Source of the DNA: an uncultured Muribaculaceae bacterium
Lineage (GTDB): Bacteria; Bacteroidota; Bacteroidia; Bacteroidales; Muribaculaceae
Assembly: GCA_910579305.1 (NCBI GenBank)
Contig: CAJTTA010000004.1
Coordinates: 23,100 to 87,099, forward strand
Direction: 5' to 3'
Length of the DNA: 64,000 nt
Shown piece by piece: positions 58,342 to 64,000 of this stretch. Positions within the stretch are counted from its first letter, which is position 1; every line of letters begins with the position of its first letter. Made by a program: the position numbers and the translations under genes. The notes beneath the pieces were generated by a model, which saw nothing but the letters and a program-made list of their open reading frames with translations, searched no databases and was not told where the DNA came from.

Positions 58342-59174
58342 TGAATTGGTTACAAGCTCTCATACTCGGCATCGTGCAGGGTGCCTCCGAATACCTGCCC
58401 ATAAGCTCCAGTGGCCATCTTGAGATATTTCGGACGCTGCTCGGAGTAGACCTGCCCACCGATGAAACTCTTCAATTCGACATAATGGTGCATGCCGCCA
58501 CGGTATGCAGCACCCTGGTCATACTATGGCCTATGTTCAAGCGGCTTGCAACCGGCTTTTTCTCCATGAAAAGGAATGCAGACTCCATATATGTGTGGAA
58601 GGTGCTGTTCAGCTGCATTCCCGTGGGTATAGTGGGGGTATTCTTCAAGGATAAGGTAGAGGAGATATTCGGACAGGGGCTCATCTTAGTGGGCATATGC
58701 CTGTGTATCACGGCTCTGTTGCTCACGTTTGCATACATGTCAGGCTATGACCGGCGCACCCGTCGCCCGGTGCCCGCCGACAAGGGACGCGACATCTCCT
58801 GGCTCGATGCCTTCATCATAGGCTGCGCCCAGGCCGTGGCCGTTCTGCCGGGACTCAGCCGCTCGGGCAGCACCATCGCCACCGGCATAATCCTCGGCGA
58901 CAAGCGTGACAAAGTAGCCACCTTCTCATTCATCATGGTCATCATTCCTATCCTTGGTGAAGCATTGCTCGACCTGGCCAAGATGCTGAAGCCCGGTGCT
59001 GCCGAAGCCTCCGGATCCATCAGCGCCATGGCTATGATCATAGGCTTTGTCAGTGCGTTTGTCGTGGGCTGCGCGGCCTGCAAGTGGATGATAGCGTTAG
59101 TCAAGAAAGGCAAGCTCATCTGGTTTGCCGCCTATTGCCTTATCATGGGCGTGATCTGTATCATTTTTCATTAA
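58341..59174 (+). CDS. uppP: Undecaprenyl-diphosphate phosphatase
   Basis: QGASEYLPISSSGH and PGLSRSGST. Confidence 0.95.
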   Translation: MNWLQALILGIVQGASEYLPISSSGHLEIFRTLLGVDLPTDETLQFDIMVHAATVCSTLVILWPMFKRLATGFFSMKRNADSIYVWKVLFSCIPVGIVGVFFKDKVEEIFGQGLILVGICLCITALLLTFAYMSGYDRRTRRPVPADKGRDISWLDAFIIGCAQAVAVLPGLSRSGSTIATGIILGDKRDKVATFSFIMVIIPILGEALLDLAKMLKPGAAEASGSISAMAMIIGFVSAFVVGCAACKWMIALVKKGKLIWFAAYCLIMGVICIIFH

Positions 59175-59194
59175 TCACGGCCAAGCAGAAATAT

Positions 59195-59956
59195 ATGGAC
59201 TTCATTTCAGGTGAGATCCTGGCCATCGACAAGCCGGAAGGATGGACTTCGTTCGATGCGGTAAAGCGAGTGAGAGGAGCCTTGAGCCGCCGCCTCCACA
59301 TGAAGAAAATCAAGGTAGGGCATGCCGGCACTCTTGATCCTCTTGCCACCGGCGTACTCATAGTGTGCACCGGCAAGGCCACGAAACGCATAGAAGAATT
59401 ACAGGCCGGCTGCAAGGAATATGTGGCCTCGATGCGTCTTGGAGCCACCACTCCGAGCTTCGATCTTGAGCACCCGATAGACGCCACCTATCCCACCGGG
59501 CACATCACGGAGGCCCTCGTGCGCGAGGCTCTGAATAGCCACACAGGCGTGATCATGCAAGTTCCTCCGGTGTATTCGGCCGTAAAGATAGGAGGTGAAA
59601 GGGCCTATAGCCTTGCCCGTAAAGGCGAGGAGGTGGAGCTGCGGGCAAAACCGCTGCGCATAGATGAGATGGAGCTTCTTGAATGCCATCTTGACACCCC
59701 TGAGCCCTGGATAAGGGTAAGAATAGTATGCAGCAAGGGCACCTACATCCGTGCGCTTGCCCGCGACATAGGGGTAGCCCTGGGCAGCGGGGCGCATCTC
59801 ACGTCACTGAGACGCACTCGCGTAGGGGCATATGATGAATCGGCAAGCATCTCCATCGAGCGTGCCATTGAGCTGATTAAAGAGAGCCCTCTTGAATTTC
59901 CCGAAGGCTTTCAGATGCCTCCGGCCTTGGCCAGAGACTTGGAAGGAGCTCTGTGA
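59195..59956 (+). CDS. truB: tRNA pseudouridine(55) synthase
   Basis: KVGHAGTLDPLATG, QVPPVYSA and CSKGTYIR. Start at ATG 59195. Confidence 0.96.
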   Translation: MDFISGEILAIDKPEGWTSFDAVKRVRGALSRRLHMKKIKVGHAGTLDPLATGVLIVCTGKATKRIEELQAGCKEYVASMRLGATTPSFDLEHPIDATYPTGHITEALVREALNSHTGVIMQVPPVYSAVKIGGERAYSLARKGEEVELRAKPLRIDEMELLECHLDTPEPWIRVRIVCSKGTYIRALARDIGVALGSGAHLTSLRRTRVGAYDESASISIERAIELIKESPLEFPEGFQMPPALARDLEGAL

Positions 59957-60023
59957 CAGAGATTTCTTTTACTTATAATTAACATATATTTTAGTACCGC
60001 ATCTTATATCACAGATATTACAT

Positions 60024-61085
60024 ATGAAACTCTCACAATTTAAATTTGATTTGCCAGAGAATCTGCTTGCACAGTACCCCGCAAAAAACCGGGATGAATG
60101 CAAGCTCATGGTGGTCAATGCAATGACGGGCGAAATCGAGCATAAGATTTTCAAGGATATTCTCCAATATTTCGATGACGGCGATGTCATGGTATTCAAT
60201 GACACCAAGGTCTTCCCCGCACGCCTTTACGGCAATAAGGAAAAGACCGGCGCCCGCATTGAGGTATTTCTGCTCAGGGAGCTGAACTCCGACAATAAAT
60301 TCTGGGACGTGCTCGTGGAGCCTGCCCGCAAGATCCGCATAGGCAATAAATTATATTTCGGCCCGGACGAGAGCATGGTGGCCGAGGTGATAGACAATAC
60401 CACTTCACGTGGCCGCACTCTGAGATTTCTCTATGACGGCCCTCACGATGAATTCAAGGAAGCGCTGTTCGCTTTGGGGGAGACACCCCTGCCTCCTTAT
60501 ATCACACGTCCGGCCGAGCCGGCCGATCATGAGCGCTACCAGTGCATATATGCCAAGAACGAGGGTGCGGTAGTGGCACCTGCAGCCGGGCTGCACTTTT
60601 CCCGCGAGCTCCTGAAGCGACTTGAGATAAAAGGCGTGGACCGCGCCTTCCTCACTCTTCATTCGGGGCGCGGCAATTACCGCGAGATCGATGTGGAAGA
60701 CCTCACGAAACACCGCATGGACTCTGAGGACATGGAGGTGACCGGCGACTTGGTGGACACTGTGAATGCAGCTAAGGACGCCGGGAAGGCCGTGTGCGCC
60801 ATAGGCACTTCCGTGCTGCGCGCTCTCGCCACTTCAGTCTGCATGGACGGCCACATCATGCCTACGAAGGGATGGACTAATAAATTCATATTCCCTCCCT
60901 ATGAATTCTCGGTGTGCACATCTATGGTAAGCAACTTCCATCTCCCCTACTCCACTATGCTGATGATGGTATGCGCCTTCGGAGGATATGACCTGGTAAT
61001 GAAAGCATATCAGGAGGCTATCAAGAACGGCTACAAATTCGGAGCTTACGGAGATGCCATGCTCATCCTGAGAGCTAAACCATAA
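60024..61085 (+). CDS. queA: S-adenosylmethionine:tRNA ribosyltransferase-isomerase
   Basis: [29 protein letters not shown] and YGDAMLI. Confidence 0.96.
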   Translation: MKLSQFKFDLPENLLAQYPAKNRDECKLMVVNAMTGEIEHKIFKDILQYFDDGDVMVFNDTKVFPARLYGNKEKTGARIEVFLLRELNSDNKFWDVLVEPARKIRIGNKLYFGPDESMVAEVIDNTTSRGRTLRFLYDGPHDEFKEALFALGETPLPPYITRPAEPADHERYQCIYAKNEGAVVAPAAGLHFSRELLKRLEIKGVDRAFLTLHSGRGNYREIDVEDLTKHRMDSEDMEVTGDLVDTVNAAKDAGKAVCAIGTSVLRALATSVCMDGHIMPTKGWTNKFIFPPYEFSVCTSMVSNFHLPYSTMLMMVCAFGGYDLVMKAYQEAIKNGYKFGAYGDAMLILRAKP

Positions 61086-61109
61086 TTCCCCCTAACACTT
61101 TTTGTTATC

Positions 61110-61796
61110 ATGAAACAATATCTGTCAATAGCGACTTCCGTCCTCCTGGGATGCGGCGTCGTGTCAGCATCCGATTTCTTCTATGGAGGAGAATACGATG
61201 GCAGCATACTCACTTTCGGCATCCGTGCAGGCTTCAACACTTCCAACATGGCCGATGACGACATGGGCAAGCTCTTCAATCTCGATTCATGGGGCACAGG
61301 CTTCACGGGAGGCGTGGTGGCTGAGCTTCACATGCGCGACTGGCTTGTGATTCAGCCCGGGTTCTTCTTTGAAAGCCGCAGCAACAACTATTCGTATGTC
61401 TACGATCCGAAGATGTTCCCCAACCCGGAGAGCGACCTTGTGGAGCTGGGTCACACCCGTCGCACGCTTTTCAAGCTGCCCGTGATGTGCTCCATAAGAA
61501 TGCATCCGGCCGATTGCTTGACCTGGAGCGTAGACCTCGGACCGGTCTTCAACTTCGGCATAGCCGGCCACCGATGGTATTCCAATCCCATGAAAGAACC
61601 GGTGGTCGAACAGCAGATAAATTACTACGATGAGTTCAATCGCTTCATGATGGGACTGAAGATGGGCACCGGATTTCAGCTCTTCGACCACTATTATATA
61701 GGCGTGCACTACGAAGCAGGACTGCGCTCCGCTCGCAAATATAAGGCCGGAGGACATGATAAAGCATGGACTTTTACCCTCGGTTACGATTTTTAA
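61110..61796 (+). CDS. Outer-membrane beta-barrel (porin family/PorT-like) protein
   Basis: Signal peptide, FGIRAGFN.S, IQPG and C-terminal TLGYDF. Confidence 0.75.
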   Translation: MKQYLSIATSVLLGCGVVSASDFFYGGEYDGSILTFGIRAGFNTSNMADDDMGKLFNLDSWGTGFTGGVVAELHMRDWLVIQPGFFFESRSNNYSYVYDPKMFPNPESDLVELGHTRRTLFKLPVMCSIRMHPADCLTWSVDLGPVFNFGIAGHRWYSNPMKEPVVEQQINYYDEFNRFMMGLKMGTGFQLFDHYYIGVHYEAGLRSARKYKAGGHDKAWTFTLGYDF

Positions 61797-61873
61797 CATT
61801 TCACATAACATCTTATCCCACTGCTGATTACCTGCTGACTGCAATATTTCTTGAAGAAATTTTCAAAAAAAAT

Positions 61874-61904
61874 TTTGTCAGTTTCAAAAAAAGCAGTACT
61901 TTTG
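61874..61904 (+). promoter_or_regulatory. Promoter of SRP RNA/tRNA-Thr
   Basis: TTTG-N19-TACTTTTG immediately before the RNA 5' end. Confidence 0.8.
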
Positions 61905-61908
61905 CATC

Positions 61909-62004
61909 GGGTAAGTCCTACACGACCAGCTCCCCCAGAACTCCCCCAGATCTTGACCGAAGCAAGGGTATGGGGTCGAGCGGTGCGATGCAGACAGCTT
62001 GCCC
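61909..62004 (+). ncRNA. ffs: Small bacterial SRP RNA (4.5S)
   Basis: ~96-nt rod: GGGTAAG/CTTGCCC terminal stem, ACCAGCTC/GAGCGGT, CCCCA/TGGGG, and helix-8 CAG...AGCA symmetric loop. Confidence 0.8.
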
Positions 62005-62008
62005 ACCT

Positions 62009-62082
62009 GCCTCTTTAGCTCAGTTGGCCAGAGCACGTGATTTGTAATCTCGGGGTCGTTGGTTCGAATCCGACAAGAGGCT
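62009..62082 (+). tRNA. tRNA-Thr(TGT)
   Basis: Acceptor stem GCCTCTT/AAGAGGC, D-arm, anticodon TGT at 62043-62045 and T-loop GGTTCGAATCC. CCA is not encoded. Confidence 0.96.
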
Positions 62083-62087
62083 CCCCC

Positions 62088-62126
62088 AAGGCGGCGCTCT
62101 ATCTTCCACAGATAGCGCGCCGCTTT
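62088..62126 (+). terminator. Terminator hairpin after the tRNA
   Basis: GCGGCGCTCTATCT...AGATAGCGCGCCGC followed by TTT. Confidence 0.7.
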
Positions 62127-62137
62127 CATATATACAT

Positions 62138-62446
62138 ATGGAATACATCTGCAACATAACGTTTGTCTCCGGCGAAGCCGTAGCTCCTCATGCCCTCGAC
62201 TTTCTGCGCGACACTTTTATGCCGGCCATAAACATTAGTCCGGCCTCTTCTCCGCGTCTTACCCGCGTAAGGCAGAATACCGGCGAGGCCGTCAGCCACG
62301 CTCTGGAGATAAAGCTTCCGTCATTCCGCGAGCTTAAGAATTGGAGAGAGTCGACTCTCGGCCCCGCTCTCGACTTCCTCTCTCAGAGATGGGGTGAGAG
62401 CCTGATGTATTTTGAGACAATACTTGAGGTAATCCCAGCCACATGA
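62138..62446 (+). CDS. DUF4286-like protein
   Basis: YICNITF N-terminus and F.T.LE C-terminus; usual neighbour of ruvC in Bacteroidales. Confidence 0.65.
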   Translation: MEYICNITFVSGEAVAPHALDFLRDTFMPAINISPASSPRLTRVRQNTGEAVSHALEIKLPSFRELKNWRESTLGPALDFLSQRWGESLMYFETILEVIPAT

Positions 62447-63018
62447 ACTATGAGCGCATCATACTCGGCATTGATCCCGGCACAAATGTCATGGGATACG
62501 GATTGCTCGGCATAACCGGCAAGAAGCCGGAAATGATAGTTATGGGTGTGATCAAGCTCGGCAAACTCGGAGACCATTATCTGCGGCTGCGCAGAATCCA
62601 TGAGCGTGTGACACAGATTGTGACCACTTATCTCCCTGACGAACTCGCAATAGAGGCCCCTTTCTTCGGCAAAAATGTGCAGAGCATGCTGAAGCTCGGA
62701 CGCGCGCAAGGGGTGGCTATGGCTGCCGCTCTGGCCCGCGACATACCGGTAAAGGAATATCCTCCCCTGTCAGTGAAACAGAGCATAACCGGCTCAGGCG
62801 CCGCCAGCAAGGAGCAAGTGGCAAACATGCTCAGGCATCTGCTCGACATACCTAAGGAGAAAATGCCGGATCTGCTTGACGCCACCGATGCGCTGGCTGT
62901 GGCTCTGACACATTTTTATGAGACAGGGAAGCCTCAGATAGCATCAGGGCCCAAAAGCTGGGCGGATTTCCTGGCAAAGAACCCCGACCGTTTGGCCAAA
63001 AGACAGACACCATTATGA
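62443..63018 (+). CDS. ruvC: Holliday junction resolvase
   Basis: ILGIDPG, AIEAPF, LGRAQG, G.A.KEQV and DATDALA. Confidence 0.96.
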   Translation: MNYERIILGIDPGTNVMGYGLLGITGKKPEMIVMGVIKLGKLGDHYLRLRRIHERVTQIVTTYLPDELAIEAPFFGKNVQSMLKLGRAQGVAMAAALARDIPVKEYPPLSVKQSITGSGAASKEQVANMLRHLLDIPKEKMPDLLDATDALAVALTHFYETGKPQIASGPKSWADFLAKNPDRLAKRQTPL

Positions 63019-64000
63019 TACCATCCCTTTATCAGCAATGCATTATACAGACTCCGCTATCTGTGCGCGAGGCTCTTGACCGGCTCAATTCCTTGCGAGA
63101 TGTGCCGCTCACTCTTTTTGTGATAGCTCATGACGGATCGTTGCTCGGCACTCTCACCGATGGCGACATAAGGCGCGGATTGCTGGCAGGGGCGACTCTT
63201 GATTCTGACGCCTCTTCGGTCATGATGCGTAATTTCAGAGCGATCTTCCCGGGCCGGGATGCCGAAGCTGTGCTTGAAGAAGCCCGCTCTCTGTCTCTCA
63301 CTCTCATACCGCGCCTCAACGACAGCGGCGCCATTGAAGAGATAGTGGATCTGCGCAAAAGGCGCGCGATGCTGCCCCTTGATGCGGTGCTGATGGCCGG
63401 TGGGCGGGGGGAACGCCTCAGACCGCTCACCCTCACCACTCCCAAGCCGCTGCTGCCCGTAGGCGACAAAGCCATAATCGACCATAATGCCGACGCTCTG
63501 GCTGCTTGCGGAGTGAGAAATATCTTTGTTACCGTAAATTATAAACATGAGCTTATAGAGGAGCATTTCGCTGCCCGTAAGCCTGAAGGAACCACTGTGG
63601 AATGCGTGCTGGAGCCGGCTCCGCTCGGCACTTTCGGATCCATAGGACTCGTGAGCGGACTCAGCAGCGGCAATGTGCTGATTATGAATTCAGACTTGCT
63701 CACCGACCTGAGATTCGAGAAAATGTACAAGCATCACATCGCATCAGGGGCCGACATGACCATAGCTACAGTGCCATATTCCGTAACGGTGCCATATGCC
63801 ATTCTTGAGACCGATGAAGGCAGATGCCTCTCTCTGCAAGAGAAGCCTACTTACAACTATCTGGCCAATGCAGGTGTTTATATCGTGAAGCGCTCACTTC
63901 TTGACTGCATCACCGGCACCGAACGTGTAGACGCCACTGACTTTATAGAGATGCTGCTCTCTCGCCCGGACTCCAAGGTAGTCACTTTCCCCATAGATGG
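63015..64000 (+). CDS. CBS-domain sugar nucleotidyltransferase (LegX/PtmE-like), truncated by window edge
   Basis: Not in the ORF track. ATG 63015 reads MIPSLY...[12 protein letters not shown]...[24 protein letters not shown]...MNSDLL...EKP. Confidence 0.85.
   Translation, partial: MIPSLYQQCIIQTPLSVREALDRLNSLRDVPLTLFVIAHDGSLLGTLTDGDIRRGLLAGATLDSDASSVMMRNFRAIFPGRDAEAVLEEARSLSLTLIPRLNDSGAIEEIVDLRKRRAMLPLDAVLMAGGRGERLRPLTLTTPKPLLPVGDKAIIDHNADALAACGVRNIFVTVNYKHELIEEHFAARKPEGTTVECVLEPAPLGTFGSIGLVSGLSSGNVLIMNSDLLTDLRFEKMYKHHIASGADMTIATVPYSVTVPYAILETDEGRCLSLQEKPTYNYLANAGVYIVKRSLLDCITGTERVDATDFIEMLLSRPDSKVVTFPID

Overview
Chromosomal window of a Bacteroidales bacterium. It has TTTG-N19/20-TAnnTTTG promoters, SusC/D, UpxY and T9SS PorV; a Muribaculaceae-like origin is my inference. 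In order, it contains: (1) a HAD hydrolase end, aroB, a GT2 and a BtuB/BtuG-like pair; (2) a ~17 kb minus-strand Wzx/Wzy polysaccharide locus headed by an unusually long UpxY and ending in an ACP/2xFabH/FabG/MBL acyl module; (3) a RagAB-like SusC/SusD pair followed by a T9SS-type cargo gene; (4) GH25, ispF, porV and an NlpC/P60 gene; (5) a tightly overlapping operon of GlsB-like acyltransferase, wzi, lipocalin, legB, ATP-grasp, neuB, neuC, neuA and GYF2/CD225; (6) a TonB-dependent receptor and two divergent T9SS cargo genes (an adhesin-like protein and a non-catalytic starch-binding protein with a 360-bp duplication); (7) housekeeping genes panB, cvpA-sufCDS (no sufB), ftsX, uppP, truB, queA, SRP RNA, tRNA-Thr, ruvC and a CBS-nucleotidyltransferase. 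Best leads: a conserved leader motif in three exported-protein genes, a possible UpxY-UpxZ fusion, polysaccharide-tailoring modules (dual KASIII, QueC-like enzyme), an ATP-grasp legionaminic-acid variant and a UGAC-loop SRP RNA. No mobile element or CRISPR array was seen. All product calls come from motif recognition by eye, not from database searches.
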